From NCBI GenBank assembly GCA_040005235.1, contig JBDTZG010000024.1:10021-74020 (forward strand): DNA of 64,000 nt, written 5' to 3'. This stretch comes from Acidobacteriota bacterium. Its GTDB lineage: Bacteria; Acidobacteriota; Thermoanaerobaculia; Multivoradales; UBA5704. The notes beneath the pieces are model-generated. The model was not told the DNA's origin. It searched no databases and was given only the letters and a program-made list of their open reading frames with translations. Of this stretch, positions 38,464 through 51,787 are shown piece by piece (within the stretch, counting starts at the first letter, position 1; each line of letters starts with the position of its first letter). The translations under genes were made by a program, and so were the position numbers.

Positions 38464-39156
38464 TTGAAAACCATCGGCCTGATCGGCGGCATGAGCTGGG
38501 AATCGACGGTCCCTTACTACCGCCAAATCAACGAGACGGTGAAGGAGCGTTTGGGCGGGCTTCACTCGGCGAAGGTGGTGCTCTACAGCGTGGACTTTCA
38601 CGAGGTGGAGCGGTTGCAGCATTCGGGCGACTGGGAGGCCGCGGGGGCGTTGTTGGCCGGGGCGGCTCGGGCGGTGGAGGCGGCTGGGGCGGATTTTCTG
38701 GTGCTTTGTACGAACACGATGCACAAAGTCGCGGGAGCGATCGAAGGCGCGGTGGGTATCCCTCTTTTCCATATCGCCGATCCCACGGCCGAGGAGATCA
38801 AGGCGGCGGGGTTTAGGACGGTGGGTTTGATCGGCACCCGGTTCACGATGGAGCAGGAGTTCTACAAGGATCGGCTTAGCGATCGACATGGCCTGGCGGT
38901 TCTGGTTCCTCCGGTGGAGGACCGCGAGATCGTGCATCGGGTGATCTACGAGGAGCTTTGTCTCGGCAAGATCGTCGACGGCTCCCGGGTGGAGTTCCGG
39001 CGGATCATGGCGGACCTGGTGAGTGAGGGGGCGGAGGCGATCATTCTCGGCTGCACGGAGATTTCGCTTCTGGTGGGAGCGGAGGACTCTACCGTTCCGC
39101 TGTTCGATACGACGAGCATCCACGCGCGGAAGGCGGCGGAGTGGGCCTTGGCGTAG
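38464..39156 (+). CDS. aspartate/glutamate racemase family protein
   Basis: IGLIGGMSWEST and LGCTEISLL motifs; TTG start after an AGGAG RBS. Confidence 0.8.
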   Translation: MKTIGLIGGMSWESTVPYYRQINETVKERLGGLHSAKVVLYSVDFHEVERLQHSGDWEAAGALLAGAARAVEAAGADFLVLCTNTMHKVAGAIEGAVGIPLFHIADPTAEEIKAAGFRTVGLIGTRFTMEQEFYKDRLSDRHGLAVLVPPVEDREIVHRVIYEELCLGKIVDGSRVEFRRIMADLVSEGAEAIILGCTEISLLVGAEDSTVPLFDTTSIHARKAAEWALA

Positions 39157-39311
39157 GGATGAGGCGGGCGACCTTGACGAGCTTGAAATCCGTCCTTGAA
39201 AAGGCTTGACCGGCAGTGTCGCCCCGCGCCGGGGGTGGAGTGGTTCTGCCCCCGGCGTTTTCTGACCGCCCCGCGATAGGCTAGGTCGCCGATCGCAATC
39301 CCCGGACACTC

Positions 39312-40289
39312 ATGAAGCTGATCATCCAGATTCCGTGCCTCAACGAGGAGGCCTCTCTGCCGACCACGCTCGCGGCCTTGCCGCGCTCGTTGCCGGGAAT
39401 CGATTGCGTCGAGTGGCTGATCATCGACGACGGCTCGACCGATCGGACGGTCGAGGTGGCCCGGGCGCATGGGGTGGACCACGTGGTCCGTTTCGGCACC
39501 AACCAGGGGCTCGCCCGGGCGTTCATGGCGGGGTTGGAGGGGGCGATCCGGGCGGGGGCGGACATTATCGTCAATACGGACGCCGACAATCAGTACGACG
39601 CGGCGGACATCCCGAAGCTGATCGAGCCGATCCTCGCCGGACGGGCCGAGATGGTGATCGGCGCGCGGCCGATCGACGAGATCACCCACTTCTCGCCGTT
39701 CAAGAAGCTGCTCCAGAAGATCGGCAGCTGGGTCGTGCGGAAAGCCTCGGGGACGACGATTCCGGACAGCCCGAGCGGATTCCGGGCGTTTTCGAGGAAC
39801 GCCGCGCTGCAACTGAATGTCTTCTCGCGCTACACCTACACGCTGGAGACGATCATCCAGGCGGGGCAAAAGGGGATTCCGATCACCTGGGTGCCGATCC
39901 GCACCAACGAGGATCTGCGCCCGTCACGCTTGGTGAAGGGGATCGCGGACTACGTGCGGCGGTCGGTGTTCACGATCCTGCGGATCTTCCTGCTCTATCG
40001 GCCGCTGCGGTCGTTCTTCTGGGTTGGGACGGTGTTCATCACGCCGGGGTTCTTTCTAATGGTGCGCTGGCTGGTGTTCTTCCTTCAGGGCTCCACCCGG
40101 GTTCGCGCGCCGTCGTTGATCCTCGCCGCGGTGTTGATCATCATCGGCTTCCAGACCTGGATTCTCGGCTTCGTGGCCGATCTGCTCGCGGCCAACCGCC
40201 GGTTGCTCGAAGAGAACCAGCTCCGCCTGCGGCGACTGGAGCTTGGGACGCCCGCTCCTGTGCCGCCGGGCGAGGATCGCCGGCCTTGA
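39312..40289 (+). CDS. family 2 glycosyltransferase (polyprenyl-phosphate sugar synthase, DPM1/GtrB/ArnC-like) with a C-terminal TM anchor
   Basis: [17 protein letters not shown] and [10 protein letters not shown] (DXD) motifs plus two C-terminal TM helices. Confidence 0.8.
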   Translation: MKLIIQIPCLNEEASLPTTLAALPRSLPGIDCVEWLIIDDGSTDRTVEVARAHGVDHVVRFGTNQGLARAFMAGLEGAIRAGADIIVNTDADNQYDAADIPKLIEPILAGRAEMVIGARPIDEITHFSPFKKLLQKIGSWVVRKASGTTIPDSPSGFRAFSRNAALQLNVFSRYTYTLETIIQAGQKGIPITWVPIRTNEDLRPSRLVKGIADYVRRSVFTILRIFLLYRPLRSFFWVGTVFITPGFFLMVRWLVFFLQGSTRVRAPSLILAAVLIIIGFQTWILGFVADLLAANRRLLEENQLRLRRLELGTPAPVPPGEDRRP

Positions 40290-41797
40290 GCGGTCCGCCG
40301 CTCTGGAATCGGTTCGAGCGGGAGGTGATCGAGCCGGGCAACTGCCTGCACTGCGGCGCGTGCGTGGGCTTGGCACCCGAGCTGTTGCGGTTCGAGGAGA
40401 CGCCGCGCGGGCCGTTGCCGCGATGGATCGGCAAATCAGGGCAACCGGACGTAGGGGCGGAGCTCGCCTCCGCCCGGGATGTCCGAGGCCTGCCAAATCG
40501 GGCGGAGACAAGCTCCGCCCCTACGGAGGATTCCGAAAACCTCGCGCTCGCCTGGGCCGTTTGCCCCGGCCGCGGCATTCCTTACCCGGAGCTGTTCGCC
40601 CATCTCGGCCGGCCGCCGGAGTCTTGGCTGATCGGGCCGTTCGAGCAGATCTACGTCGGCCATTCGGCGGATGAGGCCGTGCGGCGGCGGGGCGCTTCGG
40701 GAGGTGTGATTTCCCAGGTGCTCATTCACCTGTTGGAAACGGGCCGGATCGACGGGGCGGTCGTCTGCCGGCAGGGGGTGCCCGTTCCCGACACCGCGAG
40801 CCCGGTGATCGCCAGGACGCGCGACGAGGTGCTCGCCGCGGCACAGAGCGTCTATGCGGTGACGCCGATGCTTTCTATCCTCCCCGAGATGGCGAAGTTC
40901 GAGGGGCGGCTCGCATTCGTCGGCCTGCCCGAGCAGGTGGCAGCCTTGAGAATGTTGCAGGCGGCGGGTGATCCCGCGGCTTTGAAGGTCGTGTTCGTCG
41001 CCGGGCCGTACGTCGGCACCAACATGTATCGCGGCGCGGTCCGGGCGTTTCTGCGCGGCCATGGGGTGGCGGACGATGTGGCGATCGCCAAGCTCGAATG
41101 GCGGGCGGGCGAATGGCCGGGGTACCTGCGGGTCGAGACCGCTGAGGGCCAAGTGTTTTCGGCCCACAAGTTCTATTACAACTACCTGATTCCGTTTTTC
41201 ATCTCGCGCAATTGCCAGATCATTCCGGACTTCACGAACGAGGCGACCGACCTGTCGGTGGGCGATGCGTGGAGCCCGGAGCTGGAGACCGCCGGCGGCG
41301 GCCATTCGGTCGTGGTGGCGCGGAGCGCCGCGACGGTCGAGCTGCTGACCGAGATGAAGAACGCCGGCCGGCTCGCTCTCGATCCGATCGACTGGCAGCG
41401 GGCCGCGACGATGCACGGCCACATGATCGATTTCAAGAAGCGCGGGGCGTTTCTGCGGCTCGACGCGCAGGCACGGCGCGGGCTGCCGGTTCCCGACTAC
41501 GGCTACCGCCCGGCATCGATCGCGCGGGAGCGCCGGGTGGTCGAAGCCGTGATCAGCGGCTCGTTCCGCTTCGGAAGGCAACGTTGGGCGCGCTGGGTCG
41601 TTTCGCGCCTGCCGCTCGGGCTCGTCGGTCCGGCGTTCAACGCGCTGCGCAAGGGGTGGAAGTCGATCTCCAAGCCGACCAAGCGGAAGGGGCTGGCCGC
41701 GGTCGATTTCTCGTTTCGGCCGAATCCGGCACGCTGGGCGGAGATCGCCGATTTCGCGGGCCGGCAAGGCGAACCCTGCGAGCACTGCGAGCGATGA
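40286..41797 (+). CDS. coenzyme F420 hydrogenase/dehydrogenase beta-subunit-like (FrhB/FdhB family) protein
   Basis: N-terminal 4Fe-4S-like [12 protein letters not shown] and the family's central region; TTG start overlapping the GT2 stop. Confidence 0.55.
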   Translation: MSGPPLWNRFEREVIEPGNCLHCGACVGLAPELLRFEETPRGPLPRWIGKSGQPDVGAELASARDVRGLPNRAETSSAPTEDSENLALAWAVCPGRGIPYPELFAHLGRPPESWLIGPFEQIYVGHSADEAVRRRGASGGVISQVLIHLLETGRIDGAVVCRQGVPVPDTASPVIARTRDEVLAAAQSVYAVTPMLSILPEMAKFEGRLAFVGLPEQVAALRMLQAAGDPAALKVVFVAGPYVGTNMYRGAVRAFLRGHGVADDVAIAKLEWRAGEWPGYLRVETAEGQVFSAHKFYYNYLIPFFISRNCQIIPDFTNEATDLSVGDAWSPELETAGGGHSVVVARSAATVELLTEMKNAGRLALDPIDWQRAATMHGHMIDFKKRGAFLRLDAQARRGLPVPDYGYRPASIARERRVVEAVISGSFRFGRQRWARWVVSRLPLGLVGPAFNALRKGWKSISKPTKRKGLAAVDFSFRPNPARWAEIADFAGRQGEPCEHCER

Positions 41798-43407
41798 GCT
41801 ATCTATCGCGCGCGCTCCGGGCGTACGCCGACCGGCAACTGCCGCGGGTGCTCACCCAGATGGATCGCGATCCGGATTCGCCCCGGTTCGGCAATTTCGA
41901 CCGCAACCACTGGCACTACAAGATCCGCGATTTCTCCTCGGCGATTTTGCAGCAGGGGGCGTTCACGCTCGACGCTCTCCTCTGCGGCGACCTGGAAATG
42001 CCGGGCGATCCGGAGAAGATCGAGTCTTGGGCGGTTGGTGCGGTGAACGCGCTCGCGGCCCAGGTGCGGCGGGACGGCGGGGTCGACGAGTATTTTCCCT
42101 ACGAGCGAAGCTACCCGGCCGCGGCCTTCGGGCTCTACGCGGCGGCGCGGTTGGCGCTCGATTGGCAGACTTCGCGGCCGGCGCTTGCGTCCGGGATCGA
42201 ATGGCGCGGGCTGTCGCGGCTCGCGGCGCATCTGGATCGCCGGCAGGAGACGGAAGCCTCGAACCAGCAGGCGGCGGGGCTTGCGGCGCTTGCGCTCGCG
42301 GCGCGGCTGCCGGAGATCTCTCCCCGGGCCGCGCGCATAGCGGAGCACGCCGAGCGGTTGTTCGCGAGTCAACATGCTGAAGGATGGTTTCCCGAGTATG
42401 GCGGCCCGGACTTCGGCTATCTGACCGTGACGATCGACGCGCTGGTCGATTACCACGATGCGACGGACGATCCACGCGCTCCCGCCGCGATCGATCGGGC
42501 GGTCGAGTTTCTCGCTTCTCTGGTCGGCGCGGACGGGCGGCTTCCTTCGACTCTCAACAGCCGGAACACCGACTACGTGGTCCCCTATGGTTTGGCCCGA
42601 ACGGGAGCGCGCAACCGCCGTGCGGCCTGGCTGGTCGAGACGCTGTTTCGGGATGCCGACGATCCCGGACACTTTCTTTGGGCGACCGACGATCGGTACC
42701 ACAGCCACTATGTCTACGCGAGCGTCGTGCGGGCGCTGCCTCATCTCGATCGCATGCTCGCGGGCGAGCCGCCACCCGAGCGGGGCGGCGTGACGTTTGA
42801 GGGCGCCGGTTACCGCGTCGTCTGGAGCGAGGATCGGACCTGGAGCGCGGCGATCGGCCTACGGAAGGGCGGGCTGGTGCGCATTCATCGCCGCAACGCG
42901 CCGCCGCTGCTCGATCATGGTTGGCGGGTTCGGAACGGCTCCGCGCTCTGGACCAGCAACTGGTGGCAAGGGTCGGAGGCGCGCATCGAGGCCGCGGGAG
43001 CGGGAGACGATCACCTGCGGATCGCGGGCACTTGTAGGAAGGCGAGCTTTCTGGTGCCGACCCCTTGGAAGCACGCCGCCCTGCGGATCGCTTCGAAAGT
43101 GCTCGGCGCACGGCTGCTCAAGCCCTTGCGGCGCCTGTTGATCTTCAAGCCGCAGAGCGAAAATCCAAACGCCCCACGCTTCGAGCGGGAGATCGAGGTC
43201 AACGAGCGCGGCATCGCGGTGCGCGATCGCCTGACCTTTCCATCGGGAGCGGTAGCGGAGCGGAGCCCGCGGCAGAACCTGCGCCATGTGGCGAGCGCGG
43301 AGAGCTTTCATTCGGAAGATCTGCTGCTGCCGATCCCCGCGCGAATCGAGCGGTCGGCCACGGGACTCACCGCCGAATGGCGGTTCCCGGAGGGGCCAGG
43401 CTCTTGA
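41794..43407 (+). CDS. hypothetical protein (537 aa) within the glycosylation locus
   Basis: ATG overlaps the upstream stop (ATGA); no family recognised. Confidence 0.5.
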   Translation: MSYLSRALRAYADRQLPRVLTQMDRDPDSPRFGNFDRNHWHYKIRDFSSAILQQGAFTLDALLCGDLEMPGDPEKIESWAVGAVNALAAQVRRDGGVDEYFPYERSYPAAAFGLYAAARLALDWQTSRPALASGIEWRGLSRLAAHLDRRQETEASNQQAAGLAALALAARLPEISPRAARIAEHAERLFASQHAEGWFPEYGGPDFGYLTVTIDALVDYHDATDDPRAPAAIDRAVEFLASLVGADGRLPSTLNSRNTDYVVPYGLARTGARNRRAAWLVETLFRDADDPGHFLWATDDRYHSHYVYASVVRALPHLDRMLAGEPPPERGGVTFEGAGYRVVWSEDRTWSAAIGLRKGGLVRIHRRNAPPLLDHGWRVRNGSALWTSNWWQGSEARIEAAGAGDDHLRIAGTCRKASFLVPTPWKHAALRIASKVLGARLLKPLRRLLIFKPQSENPNAPRFEREIEVNERGIAVRDRLTFPSGAVAERSPRQNLRHVASAESFHSEDLLLPIPARIERSATGLTAEWRFPEGPGS

Positions 43408-45077
43408 GTGTGGCTGAAGGCTTGGCGCCCACCGAGCCGGGAACCGCAGAAAGTCCGCGATTCGGGCTCATCCCTTGGCTCGCTCTTCTCGCCGGGGCCG
43501 CCGTGCTCTTCCTGCTCGGGATCACCTGGGGCTTGCCGAGCTGGCGCGGCTGGGCGGGGGACGAGATCCGGCCGAACCAGGTGGCGTTCGCGGTCCATCG
43601 CGCGTTTTCCGGCGGCTGGCACACGAAATATCCGCCTTTTCATTACTACGTCTTGGCGCTGGTTCAAGCACCCATACGGGCGCTCGCCGGAGTCGGACCC
43701 GTTCCGGGAAAAGGGCTCGATCTCAACAGTTGGCTGTTCGTTCTGTCGCGGCTGGTGAGCGTCGCCATGGCGCTCGGCGCGGTGGCCGCGATCGCCGAGG
43801 TGGGCCGGTCGGTTTCGAATCGGCGCGCCGGGCTGTTCGCCGGTGTGCTGGTAGCGACCGGCGCGCCGTTCGTCTACTTCGCGAAGACGGCGAACGTGGA
43901 GATGCCTTTCTTCTTCTGGTTCGCGCTGTCGCTGGTTTTCTTCGTCCGCCTGTTGGACGGCCACCGGATGCGCGATTACCTGCTCTTCGGGGCATGCGCG
44001 GTGTTTGCGATCACCAGCAAAGACCAGGCGTACGGGCTGTACGCCCTCGTGCCGCTGGCCGTAGTTCCTTCGTTGATGCGGGCACGGACCCAAGAGGGGA
44101 GATCCGGGGGATTCTTCGGCGCGCTGTTCGATCGGCGCATCCTCGCGGTGCTCGGCCTCGGCCTCGGGCTGGCCGCGGTGATCTACAACTGGGCCTTCAA
44201 CTTCGGCGGGTTTCTCGCCCACGTTCACACCCTGCTCGGGCCGCAATCGGAAGAGGCCAAGGCGTTCGCCAACACCCCTGCGGGCCACTTCGGCAACCTG
44301 ATCGAAAATCTGTCGCACCTGCGGTTCTGCATGGGCTGGCCGGCCTTCGTGGTGGCCGGGCTGGGTGTAGTGCATGTGCTGGTGAGGTCTTGCGGCCGGG
44401 AAAGGAAGATGTACGGCGCGCTCGCGGTTTTGGGCGGCTCCTATTACCTGACCTTCTTGCTGCCGATCCTGTTCAGTCGCGACCGCTACGTGCTGCCGCT
44501 CGCCTTGCTTCTAGCGCTACCGGCCGGCCGTTTTCTGGCGGCGATCACGCTGCTCGGCCGGCCAGCGCTTCGGGCTTTCGGCATCCTGGCCGCTACTTCC
44601 GTACTCGCCTACGGCGTTCTCTACGCCCTGTCGGTTGATCGGCGGATGATGCATGACGCGCGCTACGACGCCGAGGCCTTCGCCCGGGACAACGGCGGCT
44701 TGGCGGATTCTTTGGCGCTCGGCCGAGCGAAACACGCGCCGCGCCTGCCGCATGCCGGCTGGGGGAGCTTTCCGGCGGTGCTCGCGCGTCGCGCGCCGGG
44801 GATCGTCGCGGTCAACGTCATCGATCTGCGGACCCCAGCGGAGCGCGCGTCCTACGACCGGCTAATGTCGGGGGAGGTCGGTTATTTTCTCGCCAAGCGC
44901 TTCGAGTGGAGCTCGCGCTGGGATGTTCTGGATACTCGCGGCACCTATTCGAGCCTGGTGTTCGTGAATCCGGAGATGGCGTTGTTCCGTCGCGACCCCT
45001 CCCTGCCGCGAGGCGGGCGGAGCGGCCGGCGAAACGACGTTTTCGAAGAGAAAGAGCCCGCCCTCGACGAAGAGTGA
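43404..45077 (+). CDS. GT-C fold glycosyltransferase (PMT/ArnT-like, family 39-type) integral membrane protein
   Basis: About 11 TM helices with ArnT/PMT_2-like N-terminal loops; TTG/GTG start overlapping the upstream stop. Confidence 0.6.
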   Translation: MSVAEGLAPTEPGTAESPRFGLIPWLALLAGAAVLFLLGITWGLPSWRGWAGDEIRPNQVAFAVHRAFSGGWHTKYPPFHYYVLALVQAPIRALAGVGPVPGKGLDLNSWLFVLSRLVSVAMALGAVAAIAEVGRSVSNRRAGLFAGVLVATGAPFVYFAKTANVEMPFFFWFALSLVFFVRLLDGHRMRDYLLFGACAVFAITSKDQAYGLYALVPLAVVPSLMRARTQEGRSGGFFGALFDRRILAVLGLGLGLAAVIYNWAFNFGGFLAHVHTLLGPQSEEAKAFANTPAGHFGNLIENLSHLRFCMGWPAFVVAGLGVVHVLVRSCGRERKMYGALAVLGGSYYLTFLLPILFSRDRYVLPLALLLALPAGRFLAAITLLGRPALRAFGILAATSVLAYGVLYALSVDRRMMHDARYDAEAFARDNGGLADSLALGRAKHAPRLPHAGWGSFPAVLARRAPGIVAVNVIDLRTPAERASYDRLMSGEVGYFLAKRFEWSSRWDVLDTRGTYSSLVFVNPEMALFRRDPSLPRGGRSGRRNDVFEEKEPALDEE

Positions 45078-45323
45078 ACGGAAGAGCCTCATGAGGCGTG
45101 CCCGAAGGAATCCTCGAACGCCCGCGAGCGTCCTGGTCGGCATTCTGATGATGGGGGCCGTGCGCGAGATCGACGGTCAAGGCGGCCGCGGGCAAAGGGC
45201 GCGAGGTCCACCCGGTGCTCTGGGGGCTCGCCCTGTTGCTCGTGCTGCGCTATGCGTTCCTACCGCTCTCGAGCGGTAGGACGCAGCCGGACGTCTTGAC
45301 GACGGGACCCAGCCCCTCGGCGC

Positions 45324-45869
45324 TCAGCCCGAGAAGACGTCGACGCGTTCGTCGTCCGCGGTTTCGGCGAGCGAGCCGGCGCGGTGGAGGAAGCGCAGCA
45401 GGCGATGAAAGCCGGCGAGCATCTCGCCGAGCGCCTGTTCCTCTTCTTCCGGTAGCGGACGGTCGATCCCGAGCGTGCGATAGACGTCGACTTTCGGTCC
45501 CGGCTCGCCACCGGCCGCCAACCCGCCGCGCCAGACCGAGGCCCAACCGCTCGGGTTCTGCGGTTCCGGGCGACGCCCGGTGAGAGGGCGCTCGTTGACG
45601 ATCTGGAGCGCGCTGTGAAGATCGGACAAGTCGCTACCGAGCGAATCGAGGATCTTTTCGAGCGTGTCCAGGGACGGCTTCTGTTTGCCGGTTTCGTACG
45701 CCGAAAGCATCGCCTTGGTGATGCCGGCCGTATCGGCCACCTGGTACTGCCTCTTACCCTGGCGGTCGCGAAGCCAGCGCAAGGATCTCCCCAAACCATG
45801 AAAGATTGGCATGGCGACAACGATAGCGCGACCGATCTTCCTTGGCAACCGTAAGCTCAGTTCTTTCAA
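45324..45869 (-). CDS. XRE-family HTH transcriptional regulator with a C-terminal domain
   Basis: HTH_3 QYQVADTAGITKAMLSAYETGKQKPSLDTLEKILDSLG; the start may be the internal M at about 45812. Confidence 0.65.
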   Translation of the reverse strand: MKELSLRLPRKIGRAIVVAMPIFHGLGRSLRWLRDRQGKRQYQVADTAGITKAMLSAYETGKQKPSLDTLEKILDSLGSDLSDLHSALQIVNERPLTGRRPEPQNPSGWASVWRGGLAAGGEPGPKVDVYRTLGIDRPLPEEEEQALGEMLAGFHRLLRFLHRAGSLAETADDERVDVFSG

Positions 45870-46061
45870 TAACTTACATCCTGGCCTGTAGTAGCTTGCG
45901 ACCGCAACTTGTTGCTTGACAAAGACAAGATGCAGGGCCTAGAGTTGCTGGCAACGAGAAAATTTTTTGCCGCAATGCTGCCGACGACCTGCTTTTTTAT
46001 CTTTCCGGGGCGTCGAGTTTCCTTCCTGGAGAGAGGCCGGCCCGGCAGAGGAGGTCCGAAA

Positions 46062-47480
46062 GTGACGGCGAGCCATCCTGATCCATCCCTTCTGGAGCGC
46101 TTTCTGCGGGGCGAGTTGGACGCTGAAGAGCGGAAAGGTGTCGTTCGCCACCTGATCGGAGGGTGCGCAGCCTGCCGCAGGTTGGCCGGCGATCTCTGGC
46201 AGGCACCTCCTCATCTCCCGGCCGCGCCGACCTCCGGCAGCGTCTCGTCCGAGCAAGGCCCCACCGAATACCTAGCCGGATACTCAAGCGAATACCGCGA
46301 GGGCATGGACCGCGCGGTTCGCATCGCGCGGGAGCGACGGCCGGTGCTGGCGGCCGCTCGGCAGAAAGCGCCTCATTTGCTCGCCGAGTTGCTCGCGGCG
46401 CCCCCCTCGGAGCGTCTCGCTCTGGCTCACAAGGAGCCCCGGTTCGCGATTCCGCCGCTGTGCGAAGAGATCCTCCGTCGGCGCGCCGAGGTGGGACGGA
46501 CCGCTCCCGGCCCCACCCGAGGGTATGAAAAAGCCGGAGAGCCTCCGATCGAGCAACGCCAGCTGGTGGACCTTGCGCTCGCGCTCGCCGAGCGTCTCGA
46601 TGCCTCCGAGTGGGGATTGTCGATCGTACGTGACCTCGAAGCCAGAGCCTGGGCGCATCGCGGGGACGTCGCCCGCGAAGCGGGGCTTCGCGAGGAGGCG
46701 CAGCTGGCGTTCCGCATGGCGCACTCGCTCTACGCCTTGAGCTCCCAGGACCCCTGGGAATGGGCCGAGATTTCCCGGTACGAGGCACGCTTCGAGTTTT
46801 TTCGCGGTCAGGCGGAGGCGGCCACCGCCCTGGGTCTCGAATCCGCGGCGCTCTACAGAAAGCTCGGCGAGCGCGATCTACTGGCCGCGACCCTCACCGA
46901 AGTCGGGCCGATGGCGGTGCGGGCGAAACGGCCGGACCTCGCGATCGAGGCGCTTGCCGAGGCGATCGGGCTGTTCGATTCCGCGCGCGAACCGCGGCGG
47001 CTCGCCTGCAGTCTCAAGGGACTCGGTGCATTGCTCCTGGAAACCGATCGGGCGCGCGAGTCGCTGGGACATCTTTGGCGCGCCCGCTCGCTCTTCGAGC
47101 GGCTCGGCGAGGAAGACGAAGTTCTCCGCGTCCGCTGGCTCGAAGGGCGCGCGGCGCTCGCGGTCGGCAGCGTGGCGGAGGGAGAGGCCGCGCTTCTCTC
47201 GGTGCGGGGCCATCTCCTTGCGGCCGGGCTCAGCCAGGACGCCGCGGGCGTCCTGCTCGACCTGGTCCAGCTTTATTGGAGCCAAGGACGCCACGGAGAG
47301 ATGCTCGACCTGTTCGGGGAGATCTTCTTGCCCTATCGCACGCGCGACCTCGAACGGGGGACGATCGGGGCGGTCCTGATGCTGCGCCGCGCGGTCGAGA
47401 CGGGGAGCGCCACGATCGAGATGGTCCGCGAAGTCGCAAGGTACCTGGCCGCAAGCCGGCCGAGCTGTCGATTGGGATAA
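46062..47480 (+). CDS. zf-HC2-type putative zinc-finger plus TPR-like repeat regulatory protein
   Basis: GTG start after a GGAGG RBS; N-terminal HLIGGCAACRRL anti-sigma-type zinc finger; helical repeat region downstream. Confidence 0.55.
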   Translation: MTASHPDPSLLERFLRGELDAEERKGVVRHLIGGCAACRRLAGDLWQAPPHLPAAPTSGSVSSEQGPTEYLAGYSSEYREGMDRAVRIARERRPVLAAARQKAPHLLAELLAAPPSERLALAHKEPRFAIPPLCEEILRRRAEVGRTAPGPTRGYEKAGEPPIEQRQLVDLALALAERLDASEWGLSIVRDLEARAWAHRGDVAREAGLREEAQLAFRMAHSLYALSSQDPWEWAEISRYEARFEFFRGQAEAATALGLESAALYRKLGERDLLAATLTEVGPMAVRAKRPDLAIEALAEAIGLFDSAREPRRLACSLKGLGALLLETDRARESLGHLWRARSLFERLGEEDEVLRVRWLEGRAALAVGSVAEGEAALLSVRGHLLAAGLSQDAAGVLLDLVQLYWSQGRHGEMLDLFGEIFLPYRTRDLERGTIGAVLMLRRAVETGSATIEMVREVARYLAASRPSCRLG

Positions 47481-47550
47481 GAAGGCAAAGGCCGGAAAGC
47501 CCTCAGGGCCGGGAGACCCTGAGGGGCGCAGAGACCTGATCGGCCTGCCT

Positions 47551-50679
<3,129 letters not shown>

Positions 50680-50810
50680 GGGGTCTCCCTTTTAGGGCGA
50701 TGGGACTTGAAATTCATGCGCCGCTCGGAGCGGGCGGCGCGAGCGCAATGGAGCGCAATAAGGCCCGCGCCGAGATTTAAGCGGCGCGGGCTCGAAGCTC
50801 GTCGAATCGG

Positions 50811-51575
50811 TTACTTCGGTTTCGGCGCCGCAGCTGCCGCGAGGCTCGCCGGTTTGCCGAACCGGTCGGCCGCTAGGGTCGGATTGACCTCGATCTTTTC
50901 GATCGTCATCGAAAATCCGCCCGGACCCGGAGCGCCTTTCTGCTTGCTCTCCGAGGAGAAAGCGTAGAGACCGCCGTCGACTTCCTTGTAGTCGCCGAAA
51001 GTGGTGATCGTCTCGACCTCCTGTCCACGCACGGTGGACTTGCCCTCGCTCTGGACCAGCAGGGAAGAGTCCGCGTCGAAATACAGGGTCTCGACGTCGC
51101 CGCTCTTCTTGGTCACCTTGAGTTTGTAGGCGGGCGCGCCTTCGAGGTCAACCTTGCCGAGCATTTCCACCGTGTGTCCCTTGTCCTTGTAGTCGACGAA
51201 CGAGCCGTCGATGTCGGCTTCGTCCTTCATCGACTTGAGTTCGTCGTCCGACATCGGCTCGGCGTCTTTCTTGCCGAGGAACGGCATCAACTGCCAGCCA
51301 GCGGTGCCGTCGGACGTGATTACGGCGGTCATTCCCTGGATCACGAACTCCAGGTGCATTTTGTTCGGGCGTGCGATTTCGACCACGAACGGCGCCTCGA
51401 TTCCGGGACCGAACGTGCGTTTGCCGGTCATGCGGAGCGCCTGGACGGATTTGACCTTTTCACGCCCACCGCGGGCCTGAATGTTCTTCTCGATCACCTC
51501 GTCGGCGGTCTGGGCGAAGGCCGAAGCGGCAAAGACCGCGGCAACGGCGAAAGTCATCAGCGATTTGCGAAGCAT
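50811..51575 (-). CDS. secreted LolA-like / outer-membrane lipoprotein-sorting-like protein, hypothetical
   Basis: Signal peptide MLRKSLMTFAVAAVFAASAFA; LolA-like beta-rich composition; weak family assignment. Confidence 0.45.
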   Translation of the reverse strand: MLRKSLMTFAVAAVFAASAFAQTADEVIEKNIQARGGREKVKSVQALRMTGKRTFGPGIEAPFVVEIARPNKMHLEFVIQGMTAVITSDGTAGWQLMPFLGKKDAEPMSDDELKSMKDEADIDGSFVDYKDKGHTVEMLGKVDLEGAPAYKLKVTKKSGDVETLYFDADSSLLVQSEGKSTVRGQEVETITTFGDYKEVDGGLYAFSSESKQKGAPGPGGFSMTIEKIEVNPTLAADRFGKPASLAAAAAPKPK

Positions 51576-51787
51576 GCTCGTTCTCTCCTCTAAAGCGGCT
51601 CGGTAGGCAGGCGAGCTTACCGGTCCCGGCCGGAGGTCTACCTTTCGGCTCTGGTGGCCGCTTTTTGAGGATACGCCGGTTTGGGGGGAAAAGTTGCGGC
51701 CGGCACGTTGCGAACGTCGCGCTCAACACCTTGCCCCTGGCCGCCTCCCCCGCTACGCTTGGCTCGCAAATCTTCTCGGGAGGATCC

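Noticed and set aside
39335-41797. 820-aa ORF on the plus strand
   Set aside because: Its 5' part is an alternate frame across the GT2 gene (Arg/Gly/Pro-rich junk translation). Only the portion from 40286 carries real FrhB-like motifs.
41212-43407. 731-aa ORF
   Set aside because: The upstream 195 codons overlap the FrhB-like gene in another frame. The real start is the ATG at 41794, overlapping the upstream stop.
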